A DNA stretch of 27,226 nt, from positions 1-27,226 of the IMG/VR virus record IMGVR_UViG_3300025860_000072. One strand, 5' to 3'. How positions within the stretch are numbered: the first letter of the stretch is position 1; every line of letters starts with the position of its first letter. The notes beneath the pieces were generated by a model that did no database searches, was not told where the DNA came from, and worked only from the letters and a program-made list of their open reading frames with translations. Below, piece by piece: positions 1-9,123 of the stretch. A program made the translations under genes and the position numbers. The stretch is from a virus (lineage: Duplodnaviria; Caudoviricetes).

Positions 1-3000
1 ATCTCATCTTAGATAGGTTTTGTTCTGGTTGTGCGTATGTTTCAAGAATGTCAGGATTTATAACCCGTTCATAATAGACAACTACACCGTCATCATCATA
101 ACGAGGAAGTAATACTTCTTTAGGATCTGTGACAGATTGTGAGGCATTCAATGTACGTGTAATACTATCAACTCCGGCGCCAGAAATTACACCAGAAGTG
201 TGATTACCTGAAGATAAGCCAGAGGAGATTGAAACTCCACGGAATGTGTCTTGTACAGTTTGTATGACTCCCTGAGAATACGATCCGCCTTGTTTTGTAG
301 AAGAAACATAATAACTACGATTAACAAACCCGGCATCATCTTCAGCCTGGAAAGCTCCAAGTTTAACAAACCCTTTACGGATCATTGTATCTTCATCACT
401 ATCATTTGCGATTTGAACAATTACACCTTCTTTGGGGTGATCTGGGATATAGCCTTTGTAGCCATTAAGTCGAACAGCTTCAGTTACTTCTTTCAGATCT
501 TCTTCCAAATTCAGAGCCTGTATATATACCATCATACCACGAACACCGGTTTTATTATTGGCATATATGTCATGGATCTCACTACGTTCTTCGCCAGTAA
601 GTTCTTCAATTGCATACAATGTAACCAGACGATCAATTACAGCTGTGTCAGTTTCAACGTAATTACCTGTTAGCTTATTAATTGCATATGCATTGGTAAT
701 CAGTTGGTGACCAGCACCTTGATCTGTCATGAATTTAGCCAACTGTAGAGCTTTGTCTTTAATATCGCCAGCAATAGAAGATGGGTTTCCACCATCTATC
801 AAAGCTTCGGCAGCATCAATTGCACGACCACGAGCAGCATCCGAAGTTATCAAACGAATGGACTCACCTGGGTTAGATTTATCGTAGACTGAGGCAAAAT
901 CATTCTTACCAAAAGCTTTGTACATCAGTTTCCACTGAGCAGCAGTAGGAGCCGTATTGAAGTCTCCTGTCAGGATAGCTGGAAGATCTATACGAAAAGC
1001 CTGACGAACCTGTGAGATGTCTTTATTAACACTATCCAACAGCTTCAAACTTGCTTGGTTTATTTCAGTAGAGCCTACCAATTCGTTTACAAACTCTTGT
1101 ATTGGAACCAAGCTATCTAAGCTCATGCCAGCATGTACCATGTTCTTAGTGATCTCAGTTGATACATCACCACGTTTAGCATCTAAGAAACTTGTGGCAA
1201 ATGCTACAGCAGCTGTCAGACGTTTAGTTAATACTGCAGAATTCTCATCACGAGTTTTACGAGCATGGAATTCATCTGTAATCTCTGCAGCTTTCTTTAG
1301 TAGGCCAGAGGTTGCTTTGTCAGCAAGATCTATAGATCCCATCAATGGACGAAGGATTGAGAATTCTTTGTTACTCTCCTCAATCAGTAGGTTTTTAGAC
1401 AATACGTTCAACAATCCAACAGCAGTATCACTGTGGATGTCAATTGTACCTACCGCTTTACGCATCAATACCGCTGTAGTTTGTGTCACAAATTTACTAA
1501 GTGTTGAAGCATCATTACCAGGAGGACGAGGCAACTTATCTAAGGCAGCCCGGAAACCTTTAGATGACTGGGATAGAGCAAAGAATACTGCGATTGCATC
1601 ACTCATACCTTCATCATTTTCTGTATTACCCATAAGTGTCATAACAGTTGAAAAGCGTTCTTGACCAATACGACCTGAACCAAACATCTCAGGTTTAAGA
1701 TTATCTGTGACATAGGTAAATAAACTATTTAATGTATCACTCGTTTGTGGATCTAAACGAGTTTCCATTGCGATGACCATGTGAATGGCACGGAATGTTT
1801 GTTGTTCATACTCATTTGGGGAAAACCCACCCATTGTGAGGTCACGTACAGCCAGAGCAGCTGCATCTTTGTAGCGATCTAATTGCTCAGTACGTTCTTC
1901 ACGATTGTCACCAAAATCAAGAGCAGCTAGACGCTCTTTAATTAGATCAATCCAAAAGTTTGAGTAGTCATGCGCTTCAGGGGTAAGCTCACCATTACTG
2001 TTTGAGTTGTCGTTGCTCCCGCCTGTGCCTGATTCGATCTCAATTTCTACAGTATCTGTGGTAGGTGTTTCAGCATCTTCAATAATCGTTTTATTGTCTT
2101 GAATAGTCGCAATAGTAGATGGGATTGGTTCAGCCTTTATAGCCTTATTCAGCAACTTAACATTGGCAGCCACATTTGAGTATATGTCTTGCTTTAGATT
2201 ACCACCCATAATACGTGCCATTAAAGCTTTTACCTTACGGGATAGTTTAGCTAGGACACTGGTACGAGTTGTTTTCAATACTGATACTAATTTCTCATTT
2301 GTTAGAGACCATAATAAGAAAGCATTCATCTGTTCTGCAGGAGTATTCAATCCGTTTATAGCATCCTTGGCTAGAACAGCAGTCTGTACAACTTCTGCAC
2401 CATCATTAGAGAAATCTAAACCAAGAAATTCATCCTTCAGGATCTCTAAACGAGCAACATTTGGGTTGTGATCACCTGCATAGTGAGCATCTATGTGTTC
2501 TGCAGTTGAGTCCTGGATGATTTCTTCAAGAGGTGAAGCCTCTTTAGCTACAGCTCCGGCATCCAGATTATCTTGGATCAATACATTGATGGCATCTCTG
2601 TCCATCTCAGTATCGTCACCACGAGATATTGATGTACCAGATCCCCCCATATGATCAACAGATAGTGGGATTTGTTTGAATGCATCTTTACGGGCTTTGT
2701 TCTTGCGTTGGAAACCTTGCAACTGTTGTAGCAACTCTCGTGAATTACTAGAAGTTAGTGTGTTGTTAGAGTTCTTATTCGATTTAATACGCGCGTCATT
2801 ATAGGCTTTAGATAGGAGATGTTTGTTAGTCTTGGTATCAGCATGACGAAGGAAACTCTCAAAATCTTCAACGATACTGATTAAAATATCGGAGTCCCAA
2901 TTCTTCAGCACAGCAGTGTTGATACGGTCAGAATACTTCAGAACGTCAGAGATACGCATATCAATTCCATCAAACACAGACAGTGTATTTTCTGGAGCAT

Positions 3001-6000
3001 CATCGGCACTGTAGATTTCATTCATCATCATAGCATCCCCACGACCAATAGAAATATAAGGGATAATTTTAACCTTGGACTCTGCAGGGCGTTGTAGTGA
3101 AGGTGATTGACGTAGGTTACCATCCAAAGTAGCGGATAGTGCAGCAGAGTTATCACCGTGCTGAGATGCTTCAAATCCACCTACAGCAAGGGTCTGAGAT
3201 CCGTTACTAAATAGTGGAGCATACACTCTTAGTTCCTCTACCAGAGCATCATAATCAGACTGTGCAAGATCTTGGCGAGATTTAATCTTACCTTCAGCGA
3301 TCTGATCTTTAACCATTTTAGCTAATCGTTCAGTAAATAGGGTGTCTAAGAAATTAGCTTGGACAGATGTCATAAATACCAAGTGATTGTTCACGTTTGT
3401 AATTTCAGATCCAATAACTTCCTTAGCCGAGTTGCTAAGAAGTGAACCAGTCTCCTCAACTACAAGCTCTTCAAATTGTTTAATGGCTGATTTACTGAAA
3501 GTGAAGGTAGCTGGATCCAGAGGATCTGGTAGCTTTTGACCAAACAACAATTCGATGTCTGCATTTACACCTGGGTAACCAAGGTACTCAGCAAATGTTA
3601 CACCATCTTGGCTAGAAGCTAATTTACTATAGATCTCAATCATCATGTCATGTGCTAAACCTTTACCCACACCAGCAATACCGGAGCCATAGACAGTTTT
3701 TGTCATAGGGTTCTTTGAGCTGTTACGTGTAAGGTGAAACCTGTTCTTACGGAAATCTTCATCGGTGTTGGATGCAAAGTCACCAAACTTAACAGTAAGA
3801 CGTGCTAGAGCATAAAGCTTTTCTTTATCTATTCTATTTGAAGCAGCAATATTCGCATACATAGTTTGCTCTGCGTACAATGAAGTTACTTCATATAGAT
3901 CCTCAAAACCAAGCTTACCAAACAGGTGGTTTAGTGTGCGGTTTTTAACACCAAGGAAGAAGCCAACACGTTGGAAGTTGTCGTGATCTAAGGCTGTAAG
4001 TAGACCTTGGCCAAAGTTAGCCATCAAGTTAGCAGGCCCATCAGTTTTACCATCAAGCTCGAAAGATAATGATGTTTCAAACTTGGTTAGATCTGGTGCT
4101 ACCTTTAGAGAGGCTACCGTAAGGATTGCAGACATTTGTTGCATATCCATACCATTACCCATTTCTTTGGCCATAACCTCTAGGTTCATAGTCTCCCCAT
4201 TAAGATGTTTCACGGCTTCAGCAATACTGTCACCATATTTGGCTGCAAAGTCACCTTGGATACTCGCAAGAATATCATCATGGTTCTCATTCTCTACTTT
4301 GTTTATGCCTGAAGCTTGAGCCACGGTTAGCCAGAAAGCACGTTGGTGCTTAATAGATGTCATATCTAACACATCATTTGTAGGTGTAACTAAGGCACGT
4401 AAGATCTTGTTTGACTGAGGATTGATACCTTTTTGTTGATGACGCCCAACCTTGGTAACACCAACACCGTAGTAGACAGATCCACCTTCAGACATAGCAG
4501 CGATCACTGCTTGGGCATTGTCCCAATTATTTCGGATGGATGTATTAAGCCCATCTACAGAAAGACGTAGGGTAGCATTACCAGCGAAGCTGTCCATATC
4601 AACATAACCAAGACGTTCCTTGATGAAATCATATCCCAATGCTGTAGCAAACGATGACATGTTTGTAGCAAGCTTGTGTGGTGTATCCTGCATGTTCTTT
4701 ATGGCAATCTGCTCTTGCTCACCTAGAGGTACGTCAGAACGCTCCTGAGTGGTATCAACATGGTCAATTTTCTTATCAAATGATGGCATAATATCTAATT
4801 CAGGTGCGATCGCTTTTTGTATAGCACCTCGTCCAACAATACCTATATCATCTTGGTACTTTTTCAGTCCGTCAATGTTGATTGTTACTGCTGTATTTTT
4901 GCCATCTCCCAAATTGATTTTTATTGTGGATAAGCGAATAAGATCTGTCTCCTGAGATGCAACCAATATGATCTCTTTAATTAGACCCTCAACAGCACGG
5001 ACATCTACCATAGAATTAGTTTTGTCTATTTTCATATTCCAAGATTTCATAACCATATTAGTTATTTGAGTGACTGCACGGTTAGGTGGAACACCTGTTG
5101 CGATATCGCGGTAGTTTTCTTCAGTCACATCATGGATAGACAAACCAAGATTTTCCAAGGTCTCCTCCATACGTGACGGATCTCCAGGTGTAGTGGTCGT
5201 CATCCAATCCAATACAGTTGTGGCAGCTAAACCGAGAAGAGTAGGATCGTATAAACCAGTTTCTGTATTTACAAATACTAATGCTTTCTTGTTACGAAAT
5301 TCTGCTGAATCCTTATCAGAAAGAATATGCTCATAAACAGTCTCTCCACCTACTTTACCAAATGGAACTGTTGATAGCCGAGATTGTACCCCATCAACAA
5401 TTGCACCTAGATGTTCTGTTATAAAATTTTGGTAAACAATATGTTCTGGGTCTACTTGGTTTAAGAGACTTTCCGCATCTGTCCAAGCAATATCATTATC
5501 CAGAGGTTTGTACGTAGCGTTGAACCGGCTATCTAGTTTCGAGTAATCACGCTTATTTAGCGGTGTTTGTACGGTATCGCTTTGTCGTATAGTATTTTCT
5601 CGTTGGCTGGGTGCTTGACTTCCACCGGCCTTGGTAATGACTTGTTTGACATATGCTATTCCTTTCGGGAATTGTGCTGTTGCTCTGTCCTCGTCTAATA
5701 TCATCGCTGCACCTAATTCGGCGAACAACTCAGAGAATAATGTATCAGCTTTTTTGAAACCAAGAGCGTAAGAGAAATACTCTTTAGAGCGTTTATTGAC
5801 CTTGGTTGAGTCTTTGATTTCTTTATATAGCTCACCCTTCAGAGGGTCAAAACCAAGTTGATCCATTGAAAGTGTGCGTCCAGGTGTTTTTACAGCAGCA
5901 CCATCAATCAAATGCATCAACTCGTGGAATAAAACATGTTTACCGAGTGCCAACTTACCTGCTTTAATATTTGTAATTATTTCTGGTTTAAGAGCAATAA

Positions 6001-9000
6001 CACCCTCACCCCAATAAGCATGTCCATTATGATCCGGATCCTTGGTTATCAATTCAGCGAAGACTTTAACCACGTCAGGTAAACCCATCTGTTCAAGAAT
6101 TGGAGACAAAACATTAGTCAGTGTTTTGGTATCTTTCTTGTTCAGAGCTTTATGTTGTACATTCTTATCCCAACCATTGATTGATTTAATACGATCATCA
6201 GGGGTTAGATTATCAAATTCAGCCTTAGTAGTAGGTTGTTTTACTAATGTGGTCTGCTCAACCTCTCCCTCGGTGGCGTTGTCTAGCGACAACACCTCCT
6301 CTTCCGAAGTTTCGACAGCCGTTGTGTCGTCCAATCCTTCTTCATTGTTCTCACCATCCTCTAGGTTAGACAGTGCTTGATCACTTAAAGCCTGTTCCTC
6401 ATCCGTTAGAGTGTCAGTGTCACCAAAATTAGCTTCAGGAATGTCTGAAGGATCAATACTTGGTATGGGTGCTTCTTCTTCTGTTTTTGTTTCTTGTTTT
6501 TTAACAACAAGAGTTGGAACTGTGATCTTACCATTTGGGAATAAATCAGGGAACTGTTCAACCAGTAGGTTGTGAACTTCAGCTGCAACAGTAGCATCTT
6601 TGAACACATTTTGTGCTAGTGCAACTGAACCTTCACGACCGGGATGGAGTGTGATCGGTTTAGATCCCTTCGGGTGTCCTGCAGGTACAATCTTTGTGCC
6701 ACCAACAATAGAAGCGAACTTCATAGGTAGACCTGCAACACCGTTGCCTGCTTGAGCAGACCGGTTCAGCGCATCGACTTTATTGGCAAGGTGAGTGGTG
6801 AATAAGCCAAAGGACTTAGCAACATCTGATGCACGTATAAGAATCCCCTCAGATCCTTTCTCAGTTGATGGGAACGTGCCAAATTCATTACGGGCACCTT
6901 TAGTTATATCAGCTACAAAATCATTTATAGAGCGTAATTTGTTGCCCTTTACGTCTTTAAACCCGCCCAACAGGATTGAGCGAGATACTTTATTACCTAG
7001 ATCTAAACCAGGGGTGATTGATACTGTGCCGTCCTCAGCAACTTCAACCGTACCACCTACATGTTTATTCACAGCCTCAGAGATCTTACCTGCAGTCTTT
7101 AATAGGGTGCGTGCTTTCTTAGGAATCTTAGAAGCTCCACCAGATGTAAAAATCTTTTTAAGTAATTCAGGATGTACTGCAGTTGGGTTGATTTCAGCTA
7201 GAGCCAAAGTGTCAGCAATAACCTGCTCGTTAATTTCAATTTTGGATACATCCAACTTATTTTGATCAATTTCACTAGCACGTTTAACGATTGCACGTAG
7301 TTGGGTAGAGGCTAAAACTTTCTGAACTTCGGTACGAACATCAGCAGGAAGACTTTTAACTGAACGCTGTAATTCATTGATTTGTGTATTAGCAAACAAT
7401 AAATCAGAGTCAGCCAATTTACGGATTTTAGTGGATTTGACACCTGCCAGAATGCCTTGAATATTTGATAAGATTGTACCATTAGGGGTAACATTTTTAG
7501 TAAAGCCAGGAGAAACTAAGATCTTTGCTTTGTTTTCAGCAATAACTGATACAGCTTCCGGGGTAGCTTTTTTGTCAGCAATGTAGGTATTAGTTAGAAT
7601 CTGTGTTTGAGCTACTGCTTGATTTACCACACCAACGATCTTTTCATTTGGTCGATCAATAACATCCTGAACTTTATCGCCTACAGCTTCAGCCACAGGA
7701 GCTAATGCTTGTGCCACTGGTTTAACAACAGGAGCTGTGACCTTGGATACAGCCTTACTGGTAGCTTTTGCACCAGTACCGGCAGCATCAAGTATGTTTG
7801 CTGTGGTTTCAGATTGAGCAGCTTTTATTGTACCCTTTGCAGCAGATTTTAATACTGACCCAGCAGTAGAAGGAATAGCCAATGTGCCTGCAGTACCAAT
7901 ACCACCTACCAAGCCTTCAACAGCAGCAGAACCAACCCCTTCAAGTAGTCTTTGGTCTTCATCAGCATTACGTTGTAGGGCTACATTAGAAGCAAAAGTA
8001 CCACCTGCACCTTGGAGAGTTTCTTCAACGCCTTCTGCAGCGATACCAGTAACTTTTTGCCCAACATTTTTACCTTTAAAGAATTTCAATGGATTAGTTT
8101 CTAGTTTACCAGCAACCTTACCAAAAGCGATAGCAGCAGGCAGGGTTAACGCTAAAGCCTCATTACCACCTAGTGTAGCAGTACGCTTACGTGCAGCATC
8201 AGGAGTTAGCCCTTGACTGATTAGATCACGGTATACTTGGGATCCTTCCATCAAATCTGCATGTGGAATCTGTAGAATGGTCATGGCAGTGTCACGATGA
8301 ACTGACAGAGCTTCTGTTGTACCAATTGATAGGGCGGTAGCCAGATCTGCAGACTCTTTGGCAAGAGCAGCTGATTCTTTACCAACGATACCTGCAGCAC
8401 CTGTGGCATTACGTACTGCGATCTTAGAAGCTACTCCAATCAACTTACCAGAGAAACCAATTGAACCAATACCAGAAGCAATAATATCTAACGAAGAGGT
8501 TGGAGTATCAGCTATACGTCCACCTGCATCTAATGCAGAACGACCAACAGATTTCAAGTTAGCTAGGAAGCTATTTGAGTCTTCAGCTAAATCCTTATCT
8601 AATTGTATTTTATTATCTTCTTCATCTAATGTGGACTGTAAATTTACTAACTGTTTTTGGTCTTTATTCTCTTTAGATTGTAGAGCCAAAATAGAAGCAG
8701 TCACTTGTTGTGTGTTTTGTTGGATCCCTTGAGCAGCATTATTAAATGCAGACCCATCTAAACCAACACCATCAGCAGCACTACCTACAGCTAGAAAAGG
8801 AAAAGAAACTGCATCACCTACAGCCCCAAGAAATGCAGAGGTTGCACCAGAGGCAACATCACCAGCTATTTGTAAGGCATCACGATTAGAACTATCAGCA
8901 CGAATAAGTCCTTGACGTTCTTGGGCATTAATTACTTTTAGTCTATTGTCGTCACTAAGGACAATGGTCTCACCTGACGAATTACCTGTAAACTTACCAA

Positions 9001-9049
9001 GAGCTATACGCTCCGCTTCATTATCCGTTAGAATTACTTCGTCAGCCAT
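1..9049 (-). CDS. Virion-encapsidated single-subunit RNA polymerase (N4 gp50-like vRNAP), 3'-truncated at window edge (>3016 aa)
   Basis: Manual translation from ATG at 9049 (MADEVILTDNEAERIALG..., SD GAGGA upstream) stays open to base 2 (...LLPRYDDDGVVVYYERVINPDILETYAQPEQNLSKMR). T7/N4-family motifs: TxxGR (TKVGR, 4442-4456), motif A (SFELDGKTDGPAN, 4028-4066), motif B Rx3Kx7YG (RNSSKNPMTKTVYGSG, 3680-3727), motif C (SVFDGID, 2960-2980). No Cys seen, as for N4 vRNAP. Position is downstream of the gp51/gp52-like genes. Confidence 0.96.
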   Translation of the reverse strand, partial: MADEVILTDNEAERIALGKFTGNSSGETIVLSDDNRLKVINAQERQGLIRADSSNRDALQIAGDVASGATSAFLGAVGDAVSFPFLAVGSAADGVGLDGSAFNNAAQGIQQNTQQVTASILALQSKENKDQKQLVNLQSTLDEEDNKIQLDKDLAEDSNSFLANLKSVGRSALDAGGRIADTPTSSLDIIASGIGSIGFSGKLIGVASKIAVRNATGAAGIVGKESAALAKESADLATALSIGTTEALSVHRDTAMTILQIPHADLMEGSQVYRDLISQGLTPDAARKRTATLGGNEALALTLPAAIAFGKVAGKLETNPLKFFKGKNVGQKVTGIAAEGVEETLQGAGGTFASNVALQRNADEDQRLLEGVGSAAVEGLVGGIGTAGTLAIPSTAGSVLKSAAKGTIKAAQSETTANILDAAGTGAKATSKAVSKVTAPVVKPVAQALAPVAEAVGDKVQDVIDRPNEKIVGVVNQAVAQTQILTNTYIADKKATPEAVSVIAENKAKILVSPGFTKNVTPNGTILSNIQGILAGVKSTKIRKLADSDLLFANTQINELQRSVKSLPADVRTEVQKVLASTQLRAIVKRASEIDQNKLDVSKIEINEQVIADTLALAEINPTAVHPELLKKIFTSGGASKIPKKARTLLKTAGKISEAVNKHVGGTVEVAEDGTVSITPGLDLGNKVSRSILLGGFKDVKGNKLRSINDFVADITKGARNEFGTFPSTEKGSEGILIRASDVAKSFGLFTTHLANKVDALNRSAQAGNGVAGLPMKFASIVGGTKIVPAGHPKGSKPITLHPGREGSVALAQNVFKDATVAAEVHNLLVEQFPDLFPNGKITVPTLVVKKQETKTEEEAPIPSIDPSDIPEANFGDTDTLTDEEQALSDQALSNLEDGENNEEGLDDTTAVETSEEEVLSLDNATEGEVEQTTLVKQPTTKAEFDNLTPDDRIKSINGWDKNVQHKALNKKDTKTLTNVLSPILEQMGLPDVVKVFAELITKDPDHNGHAYWGEGVIALKPEIITNIKAGKLALGKHVLFHELMHLIDGAAVKTPGRTLSMDQLGFDPLKGELYKEIKDSTKVNKRSKEYFSYALGFKKADTLFSELFAELGAAMILDEDRATAQFPKGIAYVKQVITKAGGSQAPSQRENTIRQSDTVQTPLNKRDYSKLDSRFNATYKPLDNDIAWTDAESLLNQVDPEHIVYQNFITEHLGAIVDGVQSRLSTVPFGKVGGETVYEHILSDKDSAEFRNKKALVFVNTETGLYDPTLLGLAATTVLDWMTTTTPGDPSRMEETLENLGLSIHDVTEENYRDIATGVPPNRAVTQITNMVMKSWNMKIDKTNSMVDVRAVEGLIKEIILVASQETDLIRLSTIKINLGDGKNTAVTINIDGLKKYQDDIGIVGRGAIQKAIAPELDIMPSFDKKIDHVDTTQERSDVPLGEQEQIAIKNMQDTPHKLATNMSSFATALGYDFIKERLGYVDMDSFAGNATLRLSVDGLNTSIRNNWDNAQAVIAAMSEGGSVYYGVGVTKVGRHQQKGINPQSNKILRALVTPTNDVLDMTSIKHQRAFWLTVAQASGINKVENENHDDILASIQGDFAAKYGDSIAEAVKHLNGETMNLEVMAKEMGNGMDMQQMSAILTVASLKVAPDLTKFETSLSFELDGKTDGPANLMANFGQGLLTALDHDNFQRVGFFLGVKNRTLNHLFGKLGFEDLYEVTSLYAEQTMYANIAASNRIDKEKLYALARLTVKFGDFASNTDEDFRKNRFHLTRNSSKNPMTKTVYGSGIAGVGKGLAHDMMIEIYSKLASSQDGVTFAEYLGYPGVNADIELLFGQKLPDPLDPATFTFSKSAIKQFEELVVEETGSLLSNSAKEVIGSEITNVNNHLVFMTSVQANFLDTLFTERLAKMVKDQIAEGKIKSRQDLAQSDYDALVEELRVYAPLFSNGSQTLAVGGFEASQHGDNSAALSATLDGNLRQSPSLQRPAESKVKIIPYISIGRGDAMMMNEIYSADDAPENTLSVFDGIDMRISDVLKYSDRINTAVLKNWDSDILISIVEDFESFLRHADTKTNKHLLSKAYNDARIKSNKNSNNTLTSSNSRELLQQLQGFQRKNKARKDAFKQIPLSVDHMGGSGTSISRGDDTEMDRDAINVLIQDNLDAGAVAKEASPLEEIIQDSTAEHIDAHYAGDHNPNVARLEILKDEFLGLDFSNDGAEVVQTAVLAKDAINGLNTPAEQMNAFLLWSLTNEKLVSVLKTTRTSVLAKLSRKVKALMARIMGGNLKQDIYSNVAANVKLLNKAIKAEPIPSTIATIQDNKTIIEDAETPTTDTVEIEIESGTGGSNDNSNSNGELTPEAHDYSNFWIDLIKERLAALDFGDNREERTEQLDRYKDAAALAVRDLTMGGFSPNEYEQQTFRAIHMVIAMETRLDPQTSDTLNSLFTYVTDNLKPEMFGSGRIGQERFSTVMTLMGNTENDEGMSDAIAVFFALSQSSKGFRAALDKLPRPPGNDASTLSKFVTQTTAVLMRKAVGTIDIHSDTAVGLLNVLSKNLLIEESNKEFSILRPLMGSIDLADKATSGLLKKAAEITDEFHARKTRDENSAVLTKRLTAAVAFATSFLDAKRGDVSTEITKNMVHAGMSLDSLVPIQEFVNELVGSTEINQASLKLLDSVNKDISQVRQAFRIDLPAILTGDFNTAPTAAQWKLMYKAFGKNDFASVYDKSNPGESIRLITSDAARGRAIDAAEALIDGGNPSSIAGDIKDKALQLAKFMTDQGAGHQLITNAYAINKLTGNYVETDTAVIDRLVTLYAIEELTGEERSEIHDIYANNKTGVRGMMVYIQALNLEEDLKEVTEAVRLNGYKGYIPDHPKEGVIVQIANDSDEDTMIRKGFVKLGAFQAEDDAGFVNRSYYVSSTKQGGSYSQGVIQTVQDTFRGVSISSGLSSGNHTSGVISGAGVDSITRTLNASQSVTDPKEVLLPRYDDDGVVVYYERVINPDILETYAQPEQNLSKMR

Positions 9050-9054
9050 ATAAA

Positions 9055-9101
9055 AAAATCCTCAATATTCAGATACTGAAGTACCTAATACTGAGGATTT
9101 T
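9055..9101 (-). promoter_or_regulatory. 15-bp stem-loop covering the vRNAP Shine-Dalgarno sequence, with a U-run at its 3' base (translational repressor and/or terminator-attenuator)
   Basis: Minus-strand RNA AAAAUCCUCAGUAUU (9101-9087) pairs with AAUAUUGAGGAUUUU (9069-9055): 14 Watson-Crick pairs plus 1 G-U, 17-nt loop. GAGGA lies in the 3' arm and a U7 run precedes AUAUG. Confidence 0.75.
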
Positions 9102-9123
9102 AATAATAAGCCAGAGTTAACTT

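Noticed and set aside
187-8732. Short ORFs in the track within 187-8732 (plus-strand ORFs up to 215 aa and three short minus-strand ORFs)
   Set aside because: They are shadows of the vRNAP gene, either antisense or out of frame. They show the Ser/Leu/Phe-rich composition of reverse-complement coding sequence and no recognisable motifs.
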